Below, piece after piece: positions 27,601 through 38,800 of a stretch of 64,000 bases of DNA; positions within the stretch are counted from its first letter, which is position 1; every line of letters starts with the position of its first letter. The stretch spans positions 1 to 64,000 of the forward strand of contig JBHGNT010000149.1 of NCBI GenBank assembly GCA_043228905.1. Reading direction: 5' to 3'. The stretch comes from Azolla caroliniana (taxonomy: Eukaryota; Plantae; Polypodiophyta). The notes under the pieces are model-generated. The model did not search any database. It was given only the letters and a program-made list of their open reading frames with translations, and was not told where the DNA came from. The translations under genes were made by a program, and so were the position numbers.

Positions 27601-30600
27601 ATATCGGATTTTTGTGTTCAAACATGCGAATCGAAGCTAACAATGCTAGCTATGACATGCTATTAAAAAATCAAGATTTTGAAACTCAGGTCGAGAGATA
27701 TGAAGAAATTAGCAATCTTGAGGAGGGAGTTGAGAGGAGCCCTTGGGTAAATTAAAATGTTCATACCTGGCTCGTGTGATATCGGATTTTTGTGTTCAAA
27801 CATGCGAATCGAAGCTAACAATGCTAGCTATGACATGGTATTAAAAAATCAAGATTTTGAAACTCAAGTCGAGAGATATGAAGAAATTAGCAATCTTGAG
27901 GAGGGAGTTGAGAGGAGCCCTTGAGTAAATTAAAATGTTCATACCTGGTTCGTGTGATATCGGATTTTTGTGTTCAACCATGCGAATCAAAGCTAACAAC
28001 GCTACCTATGATATGGAACTAAAAAATCATGATTTTGAAACTCAGGTCAAGAGATATGAAGAAATTAGCAATGTTGAGGAGGGAGTTGAGAGGAGCCCTT
28101 GAGTACATTAAAATGTTCATACCTGGCGCGTGTGATATCTGATTTTTGTGTTCAAACATGCGAATCGAAGCTAACAACGCTAGCTATTATATGGAACTAA
28201 AAAGTCAAGATTTTGAAACTCAGGTCGAGAGATATGAAGAAATTAGCAATCTTGAGGAGGGAGTTGAGAGGAGCCCTTGAGTACATTAAAATGTTCATAC
28301 CTGGCGCGTGTGATATCGGATTTTTGTGTTCAAACATGCGAATCGAAGCTAACAACGCTAGCTATTATATGGAACTAAAAAATCAAGATTTTGAAACTCA
28401 GGTCCAGAAATATGAAGAAATTAGCAATCTTGAGGAGGGAGTTGAGAGGAGCCCTTGAGTACATTAAAATGTTCATACCTGGCTCGTGTGATATCGGATT
28501 TTTGTGTTCAAACATGCGAATCGAAGCTAACAATGCTAGCTATGACATGGTATTAAAAAATCAAGATTTTGAAACTCAAGTCGAGAGACATGACGAAATT
28601 ACCTAATTTGAGGAGGGAGTTGAGACGACCTAGTAGGTAAATTAAAATGTTCATACCTGGCTCGTGTGATATCGGATTTTTGTGTTCAAACATGCGAATC
28701 AAAGCTAACAACGCTAGCTATGATATGGAACTAAAAAATCAAGATTTTGAAACTCAGGTCGAGAGATATGAAGAAATTAGCAATCTTGAGGAGGGAGTTG
28801 AGAGGAGCCCTTGAGTACATTAAAATGTTCATACCTGGCGCGTGTGATATCGTATTTTTGTGTTCAAACATGCGAATCGAAGCTAACAACGCTAGCTATT
28901 ATATGGAACTAAAAAATCAAGATTTTGAAACTCAGGTCCAGAAATATGAAGAAATTAGCAATCTTGAGGAGGGAGTTGAGAGGAGCCCTTGAGTACATTA
29001 AAATGTTCATACCTGGCTCGTGTGATATCGGATTTTTGTGTTCAAACATGCGAATCGAAGCTAACAATGCTAGCTATGACATGGTATTAAAAAATCAAGA
29101 TTTTGAAACTCAAGTCGAGAGACATGACGAAATTACCTAATTTGAGGAGGGAGTTGAGACGACCTAGTAGGTAAATTAAAATGTTCATACCTGGCTCGTG
29201 TGATATCGGATTTTTGTGTTCAAACATGCGAATCAAAGCTAACAACGCTAGCTATGATATGGAACTAAAAAATCAAGATTTTGAAACTCAGGTCGAGAGA
29301 CATGAAGAAATTAGCAATCTTGAGGAGGGAGTTGAGAGGAGCCCTTGAGTACATTAAAATGTTCATACCTGGCTCGTGTGATATCGGATTTTTGTGTTCA
29401 AACATGCGAATCGAAGCTAACATTGCTAGCTATGACATGGTATTAAAAAATCAAGATTTTGAAACTCAAGTCGAGAGATATGAAGAAATTAGCAATCTTG
29501 AGGAGGGAGTTGAGAGGAGCCCTTGCGTAAATTAAAATGTTCATACCTGGCTCGTGTGATATCGGATTTTTGTGTTCAAACATGCGAATCGAAGCTAACA
29601 ATGCTAGCTATGACATGGTATTAAAAAATCAAGATTTTGAAACTCAGGTCGAGAGATATGAAGAAATTAGCAATCTTGAGGAGGGAGTTGAGAGGAGCCC
29701 TTGAGTAAATTAAAATGTTCATACCTGGCTCGTGTGATATCGGATTTTTGTGTTCAAACATGCGAATCGAAGCTAACAACGCTAGCTATGATATGGTATT
29801 AAAAAATCATGATTTTGAAACTCAGGTCGAGAGACATGACGAAATTACCAAATTGGAGGAGGGAGTTGAGAGGAGCCCTTGAGTATATTAAAATGTTCAT
29901 ACCTGGCGCGTGTGATATCGGATTTTTGTGTTCCAACATGCGAATCGAAGCTAACAACGCTAGCTATGACATGGTATTAAAAAATCAAGATTTTGAAACT
30001 CAGGTCGAGAGACATGAAGAAATTAGCAATCTTGAGGAGGGAGTTGAGAGGAGCCCTTGAGTAAATTAAAATGTTCATACCTGGCTCGTGTGATATCGGT
30101 TTTTTGTGTTCAAACATGCGAATCGAAGCTAAAAACGCTAGCTATGATATGGTATTCAAAAATCATGATTTCGAAATTGAGGTCGAGAGACATGAAGAAA
30201 TTAGCAATCTTGAGGAGGGAGTTGAGAGGAGCCCTTGAGTACATTAAAATGTTCATACCTGGCTCGTGTGATATCGGATTTTTGTGTTCAAACATGCGAA
30301 TCGAAGCTAACAACGCTAGCTATTATATGGAACTAAAAAATCAAGATTTTGAAACTCAGGTCCAGAAATATGAAGAAATTAGCAATCTTGAGGAGGGAGT
30401 TGAGAGGAGCCCTTGAGTACATTAAAATGTTCATACCTGGCGCGTGTGATATCTGATTTTTGTGTTCAAACATGCGAATCGAAGCTAACAACGCTAGCTA
30501 TTATATGGAACTAAAAAGTCAAGATTTTGAAACTCAGGTCGAGAGATATGAAGAAATTAGCAATCTTGAGGAGGGAGTTGAGAGGAGCCCTTGAGTACAT

Positions 30601-33600
30601 TAAAATGTTCATACCTGGCGCGTGTGATATCGGATTTTTGTGTTCAGACATGCGAATCGAAGCTAACAACGCTAGCTATTCTATGGAACTAAAAAATCAA
30701 GATTTTGAAATTGAGGTCGAGAGACATGAAGAAATTAGCAATCTTGAGGAGGGAGTTGAGAGGAGCCCTTGAGTATATTAAAATGTTTGTACCTGGCTCG
30801 TGTGATATCGGATTTTTGTGTTCAAACATGCGAATCGAAGCTAACAACGCTAGCTATGACATGGTATTAAAAAATCAAGATTTTGACACTCAGGTTGAGA
30901 GACATGACGAAATTAGCAATCTTGAGGAGGGAGTTGAGAGGAGCCCTTGAGTAAATTAAAATGTTCATACCTGGCGCGTGTGATATCGGATGTTTGTGTT
31001 CAAACATGCGAATCGAAGCTAACAACGCTAGCTATGACATGGTATTAAAAAATCAAGATTTTGAAACTCAAGTCGAGAGACATAACGAAATTACCTAATT
31101 TGAGGAGTGAGTTGAGAAGACCTAGTAGGTAAATTAAAATGTTCAGACCTGGCTCGTGTGATATCGGATTTTTGTGTTCAAACATGCGAATCGAAGCTAA
31201 CAACGCTAGTTATTCTATGGAACTAAAAAATCAAGATTTTGAAACTCAGGTCGAGAGACATGAAGAAATTACCTAATTTGAGGAGTGAGTTGAGAAGACC
31301 TAGTAGGTAAATTAAAATGTTCATACCTGGCTCGTGTGATATCGGATTTTTGTGTTCAAACATGCGAATCGAAGCTAACAACGCTAGTTATTCTATGGAA
31401 CTAAAAAATCAAGATTTTGAAACTCAGGTCGAGAGACATGAAGAAATTAGCAATCTTGAGGAGGGAGTTGAGACGACCTAGTAGGTAAATTAAAATGTTC
31501 ATACCTGGCTCGTGTGATATCGGATTTTTGTGTTCAAACATGCGAATCAAAGCTAACAACGCTAGCTATGATATGGAACTAAAAAATCAAGATTTTGAAA
31601 CTCAGGTCGAGAGATATGAAGAAATTAGCAATCTTGAGGAGGGAGTTGAGAGGAGCCCTTGAGTACATTAAAATGTTCATACCTGGCTCGTGTGATATCG
31701 GATTTTTGTGTTCAAACATGCGAATCGAAGCTAACAACGCTAGCTATTATATGGAACTAAAAAATCAAGATTTTGAAACTCAGGTCCAGAAATATGAAGA
31801 AATTAGCAATCTTGAGGAGGGAGTTGAGAGGAGCCCTTGAGTACATTAAAATGTTCATACCTGGCTCGTGTGATATCGGATTTTTGTGTTCAAACATGCG
31901 AATCGAAGCTAACAACAGTAGCTATTATATGGAACTAAAAAATCAAGATTTTGAAATTGAGGTCGAGAGACATGAAGAAATTAGCAATCTTGAGGAGGGG
32001 GTTGAGAGGAGCCCTTGAGTATATTAAAATGTTTATACCTGGCTCGTGTGATATCGGATTTCTGTGTTCAAACATGCGAATCGAAGCTAACAACGCTAGC
32101 TATGACATGGTATTAAAAAATCAAGATTTTGACACTCAGGTCGAGAGACATGACGAAATTAGCAATCTTGAGGAGGGAGTTGAGAGGAGCCCTTGAGTAA
32201 ATTAAAATGTTCATACCTGGCGCGTGTGATATCGGATGTTTGTGTTCAAACATGCGAATCGAAGCTAACAACGCTAGCTATTCTATGGAACTAAAAAATT
32301 AAGATTTTGAAACTCAGGTCGAGAGATATGAAGAAATTAGCAATCTTGAGGAGGGAGTTGAGAGGAGCCCTTGAGTACATTAAAATGTTCATACCTGGCG
32401 CGTGTGATATCGGATTTTTGTGTTCAGACATGCGAATCGAAGCTAACAACGCTAGCTATTCTATGGAACTAAAAAATCAAGATTTTGAAATTGAGGTCGA
32501 GAGACATGAAGAAATTAGCAATCTTGAGGAGGGAGTTGAGAGGAGCCCTTGAGTATATTAAAATGTTTATACCTGGCTCGTGTGATATCGGATTTTTGTG
32601 TTCAAACATGCGAATCGAAGCTAACAACGCTAGCTATGACATGGTATTAAAAAATCAAGATTTTGACACTCAGGTCGAGAGACATGACGAAATTAGCAAT
32701 CTTGAGGAGGGAGTTGAGAGGAGCCCTTGAGTAAATTAAAATGTTCATACCTGGCGCGTGTGATATCGGATGTTTGTGTTCAAACATGCGAATCGAAGCT
32801 AACAACGCTAGCTATGACATGGTATTAAAAAATCAAGATTTTGAAACTCAAGTCGAGAGACATAACGAAATTACCTAATTTGAGGAGTGAGTTGAGAAGA
32901 CCTAGTAGGTAAATTAAAATGTTCATACCTGGCTCGTGTGATATCGGATTTTTGTGTTCAAACATGCGAATCGAAGCTAACAACGCTAGTTATTCTATGG
33001 AACTAAAAAATCAAGATTTTGAAACTCAGGTCGAGAGACATGAAGAAATTAGCAATCTTGAGGAGGGAGTTGAGACAACCTAGTAGGTAAATTAAAATGT
33101 TCATACCTGGCTCGTGTGATATCGGATTTTTGTGTTCAAACATGCGAATCAAAGCTAACAACGCTAGCTATGATATGGAACTAAAAAATCAAGATTTTGA
33201 AACTCAGGTCGAGAGATATGAAGAAATTAGCAATCTTGAGGAGGGAGTTGAGAGGAGCCCTTGAGTACATTAAAATGTTCATACCTGGCTCGTGTGATAT
33301 CGGATTTTTGTGTTCAAACATGCGAATCGAAGCTAACAACGCTAGCTATTATATGGAACTAAAAAATCAAGATTTTGAAACTCAGGTCCAGAAATATGAA
33401 GAAATTAGCAATCTTGAGGAGGGAGTTGAGAGGAGCCCTTGAGTACATTAAAATGTTCATACCTGGCTCGTGTGATATCGGATTTTTGTGTTCAAACATG
33501 TGAATCGAAGCTAACAACGCTAGCTATTCTATGGAACTAAAAAATTAAGATTTTGAAACTCAGGTCGAGAGATATGAAGAAATTAGCAATCTTGAGGAGG

Positions 33601-34859
33601 GAGTTGAGAGGAGCCCTTGAGTACATTAAAATGTTCATACCTGGCGCGTGTGATATCGGATTTTTGTGTTCAAACATGCGAATCGAAGCTAACAACAGTA
33701 GCTATTATATGGAACTAAAAAATCAAGATTTTGAAACTCAGGTCCAGAAATATGAAGAAATTAGCAATCTTGAGGAGGGAGTTGAGAGGAGCCCTTGAGT
33801 ACATTAAAATGTTCATACCTGGCGCGTGTGATATCTGATTTTTGTGTTCAAACATGCGAATCGAAGCTAACAACGCTAGCTATTATATGGAACTAAAAAG
33901 TCAAGATTTTGAAACTCAGGTCGAGAGATATGAAGAAATTAGCAATCTTGAGGAGGGAGTTGAGAGGAGCCCTTGAGTACATTAAAATGTTCATACCTGG
34001 CTCGTGTGATATCGGATTTTTGTGTTCAAACATGCGAATCAAAGCTAACAACGCTAGCTATGATATGGAACTAAAAAATCAAGATTTTGAAACTCAGGTC
34101 GAGAGATATGAAGAAATTAGCAATCTTGAGGAGGGAGTTGAGAGGAGCCCTTGAGTACATTAAAATGTTCATACCTGGCTCGTGTGATATCGGATTTTTG
34201 TGTTCAAACATGCGAATCGAAGCTAACAATGCTAGCTATGACATGGTATTAAAAAATCAAGATTTTGAAACTCAAGTCGAGAGATATGAAGAAATTAGCA
34301 ATCTTGAGGAGGGAGTTGAGAGGAGCCCTTGAGTAAATTAAAATGTTCATACCTGGCTCGTGTGATATCGGATTTTTGTGTTCAAACATGCGAATCGAAG
34401 CTAACAATGCTAGCTATGACATGGTATTAAAAAATCAAGATTTTGAAACTCAGGTCGAGAGATATGAAGAAATTAGCAATCTTGAGGAGGGAGTTGAGAG
34501 GAGCCCTTGGGTAAATTAAAATGTTCATACCTGGCTCGTGTGATATCGGATTTTTGTGTTCAAACATGCGAATCGAAGCTAACAACGCTAGCTATGATAT
34601 GGTATTAAAAAATCATGATTTTGAAACTCAGGTCGAGAGACATGACGAAATTAGCAATCTTGAGGAGGGAGTTGAGAGGAGCCCTTGAGTATATTAAAAT
34701 GTTCATACCTGGCGCGTGTGATATCGGATTTTTGTGTTCCAACATGCGAATCGAAGCTAACAACGCTAGCTATGACATGGTATTAAAAAATCAAGATTTT
34801 GAAACTCAGGTCGAGAGACATGAAGAAATTAGCAATCTTGAGGAGGGAGTTGAGAGGAG

Positions 34860-34987
34860 CCCTAAACCCTAAACCCTAAACCTAAACCCTAAACCCTAAA
34901 CCCTAAACCCTAAACCCTAAACCCTAAACCCTAAACCCTAAACCCTAAACCCTAAACCCTAAACCCTAAACCCTAAACCCTAAACCC
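34860..34987 (-). repeat. Interstitial telomeric repeat (CCCTAAA)n, inverted relative to the terminal telomere
   Basis: 18 units plus CCC (128 bp); one 6-bp variant unit CCTAAA at 34881-34886. Left flank is satellite ...gaggagCCCT and right flank is satellite Catggtatt. The G-rich strand is the minus strand. Confidence 0.99.
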
Positions 34988-35801
34988 ATGGTATTAAAAA
35001 ATCAAGATTTTGAAACTCAAGTCGAGAGATATGAAGAAATTAGCAATCTTGAGGAGGGAGTTGAGAGGAGCCCTTGAGTACATTAAAATGTTCATACCTG
35101 GCGCGTGTGATATCGGTTTTTTGTGTTCAAACATGCGAATCGAAGCTAACAACGCTAGCTATTATATGGAACTAAAAAATCAAGATTTTGAAACTCAGGT
35201 CCAGAAATATGAAGAAATTAGCAATCTTGAGGAGGGAGTTGAGAGGAGCCCTTGAGTACATTAAAATGTTCATACCTGGCTCGTGTGATATCGGATTTTT
35301 GTGTTCAAACATGCGAATCGAAGCTAACAATGCTAGCTATGACATGGTATTAAAAAATCAAGATTTTGAAACTCAAGTCGAGAGATATGAAGAAATTAGC
35401 AATCTTGAGGAGGGAGTTGAGAGGAGCCCTTGAGTAAATTAAAATGTTCATACCTGGCTCGTGTGATATCGGATTTTTGTGTTCAACCATGCGAATCAAA
35501 GCTAACAACGCTACCTATGATATGGAACTAAAAAATCATGATTTTGAAACTCAGGTCAAGAGATATGAAGAAATTAGCAATGTTGAGGAGGGAGTTGAGA
35601 GGAGCCCTTGAGTACATTAAAATGTTCATACCTGGCGCGTGTGATATCGGATTTTTGTGTTCAGACATGCGAATCGAAGCTAACAACGCTAGCTATTCTA
35701 TGGAACTAAAAAATCATGATTTTGAAACTCAGGTCAAGAGATATGAAGAAATTAGCAATGTTGAGGAGGGAGTTGAGAGGAGCCCTTGAGTACATTAAAA
35801 T

Positions 35802-35868
35802 GTTCATACCTGACGAAATTACCTAATTTGAGGAGGGAGTTGAGACGACCTAGTAGGTAAATTAAAAT
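35802..35868 (+). repeat. Truncated 67-bp monomer, copy 7 of 7
   Basis: Identical junction, at offset 20541 from copy 4. Confidence 0.95.
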
Positions 35869-38800
35869 GTTCATACCTGGCTCGTGTGATATCGGATTTT
35901 TGTGTTCAAACATGCGAATCGAAGCTAACAATGCTAGCTATGACATGGTATTAAAAAATCAAGATTTTGAAACTCAAGTCGAGAGATATGAAGAAATTAG
36001 CAATCTTGAGGAGGGAGTTGAGAGGAGCCCTTGAGTAAATTAAAATGTTCATACCTGGCTCGTGTGATATCGGATTTTTGTGTTCAACCATGCGAATCAA
36101 AGCTAACAACGCTACCTATGATATGGAACTAAAAAATCATGATTTTGAAACTCAGGTCAAGAGATATGAAGAAATTAGCAATGTTGAGGAGGGAGTTGAG
36201 AGGAGCCCTTGAGTACATTAAAATGTTCATACCTGGCGCGTGTGATATCTGATTTTTGTGTTCAAACATGCGAATCGAAGCTAACAACGCTAGCTATTAT
36301 ATGGAACTAAAAAGTCAAGATTTTGAAACTCAGGTCGAGAGATATGAAGAAATTAGCAATCTTGAGGAGGGAGTTGAGAGGAGCCCTTGAGTACATTAAA
36401 ATGTTCATACCTGGCGCGTGTGATATCGGATTTTTGTGTTCAGACATGCGAATCGAAGCTAACAACGCTAGCTATTCTATGGAACTAAAAAATCAAGATT
36501 TTGAAATTGAGGTCGAGAGACATGAAGAAATTAGCAATCTTGAGGAGGGAGTTGAGAGGAGCCCTTGAGTATATTAAAATGTTTATACCTGGCTCGTGTG
36601 ATATCGGATTTTTGTGTTCAAACATGCGAATCGAAGCTAACAACGCTAGCTATGACATGGTATTAAAAAATCAAGATTTTGACACTCAGGTCGAGAGACA
36701 TGACGAAATTAGCAATCTTGAGGAGGGAGTTGAGAGGAGCCCTTGAGTAAATTAAAATGTTCATACCTGGCGCGTGTGATATCGGATGTTTGTGTTCAAA
36801 CATGCGAATCGAAGCTAACAACGTTAGCTATGACATGGTATTAAAAAATCAAGATTTTGAAACTCAAGTCGAGAGACATAACGAAATTACCTAATTTGAG
36901 GAGTGAGTTGAGAAGACCTAGTATGTAAATTAAAATGTTCATACCTGGCTCGTGTGATATCGGATTTTTGTGTTCAAACATGCGAATCGAAGCTAACAAC
37001 GCTAGCTATTCTATGGAACTAAAAAATCAAGATTTTGAAACTCAGGTCGAGAGATATGAAGAAATTAGCAATCTTGAGGAGGGAGTTGAGAGGAGCCCTT
37101 GAGTACATTAAAATGTTCATACCTGGCGCGTGTGATATCTGATTTTTGTGTTCAAACATGCGAATCGAAGCTAACAACGCTAGCTATTATATGGAACTAA
37201 AAAGTCAAGATTTTGAAACTCAGGTCGAGAGATATGAAGAAATTAGCAATCTTGAGGAGGGAGTTGAGAGGAGCCCTTGAGTACATTAAAATGTTCATAC
37301 CTGGCGCGTGTGATATCGGATTTTTGTGTTCAAACATGCGAATCGAAGCTAACAACACTAGCTATTCTATGGAACTAAAAAATCAAGATTTTGAAACTCA
37401 GGTCGAGAGATATGAAGAAATTAGCAATCTTGAGGAGGGAGTTGAGAGGAGCCCTTGAGTACATTAAAATGTTCATACCTGGCTCGTGTGATATCGGATT
37501 TTTGTGTTCAAACATGCGAATCGAAGCTAACAATGCTAGCTATGACATGGTATTAAAAAATCATGATTTTGAAACTCAGGTCGAGAGATATGAAGAAATT
37601 AGCAATCTTGAGGAGGGAGTTGAGAGGAGCCCTTGAGTACATTAAAATGTTCAGACCTGGCGCGTGTGATATCGGATTTTTGTGTTCAAACATGCGAATC
37701 GAAGCTAACAACGCTAGCTATTATATGGAACAACGCTAGCTATTCATGATTTTGAAACTCAGGTCGAGAGACATGACGAATTTACCAAATTGGAGGAGGG
37801 AGTTGAGAGGAGCCCTTGAGTATATTAAAATGTTCATACCTGGCGCGTGTGATATCGGATTTTTGTGTTCCAACATGCGAATCGAAGCTAACAACGCTAG
37901 CTATGACATGCTATTAAAAAATCAAGATTTTGAAACTCAAGTCGAGAGACATGACGAAATTACCTAATTTGAGGAGGGAGTTGAGACGAGCCCTTGAGTA
38001 CATTAAAATGTTCATACCTGGCTCGTGTGATATCGGATTTTTGTGTTCAAACATGCGAATGGAAGCTAACAACGCTAGCTATGACATGGTATTAAAAAAT
38101 CAAGATTTTGAAACTCAAGTCGAGAGATATGAAGAAATTAGCAATCTTGAGGAGGGAGTTGAGAGGAGCCCTTGAGTAAATTAAAATGTTCATACCTGGC
38201 TCGTGTGATATCGGATTTTTGTGTTCAACCATGCGAATCAAAGCTAACAACGCTACCTATGATATGGAACTAAAAAATCAAGATTTTGAAACTCAGGTCA
38301 AGAGATATGAAGAAATTAGCAATGTTGAGGAGGGAGTTGAGAGGAGCCCTTGAGTACATTAAAATGTTCATACCTGGCTCGTGTGATATCGGATTTTTGT
38401 GTTCAAACATGCGAATCGAAGCTAACAATGCTAGCTATGACATGGTATTAAAAAATCAAGATTTTGAAACTCAAGTCGAGAGACATGACGAAATTACCTA
38501 ATTTGAGGAGGGAGTTGAGACGACCTAGTAGGTAAATTAAAATGTTCATACCTGGCTCGTGTGATATCGGATTTTTGTGTTCAAACATGCGAATCAAAGC
38601 TAACAACGCTAGCTATGATATGGAACTAAAAAATCAAGATTTTGAAACTCAGGTCGAGAGATATGAAGAAATTAGCAATCTTGAGGAGGGAGTTGAGAGG
38701 AGCCCTTGAGTACATTAAAATGTTCATACCTGGCGCGTGTGATATCGTATTTTTGTGTTCAAACATGCGAATCGAAGCTAACAACGCTAGCTATTATATG

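Larger units (their letters stand above)
1..34863 (+). repeat. 178-bp tandem satellite array, proximal part (continues beyond window start)
   Basis: Near-identical monomer (approximate consensus gttcatacctggctcgtgtgatatcggatttttgtgttcaaacatgcgaatcgaagctaacaacgctagctattatatggaactaaaaaatcaagattttgaaactcaggtcgagagatatgaagaaattagcaatcttgaggagggagttgagaggagcccttgagtacattaaaat) recurs every 178 bp, e.g. ORF starts at 740/918, 2587/2765 and 26611/26789/26967/27145. All copies are head-to-tail in one orientation. Confidence 0.99.
14480..34863 (+). repeat. ~20-kb tandem segmental duplication within the satellite, copy A
   Basis: The order of rare monomer variants is repeated downstream at offsets 20541 (ORFs 14647->35188, 17205->37746), 17198 (21088->38286, 23580->40778) and 20056 (25721->45777, 30705->50761, 34615->54671). 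Start boundary is approximate. Confidence 0.9.

Noticed and set aside
34860-34987. Classical head-to-head telomere-telomere fusion site, or an inversion breakpoint
   Set aside because: Only one orientation (CCCTAAA) is present, with no preceding TTTAGGG tract, and the satellite keeps the same orientation on both sides.
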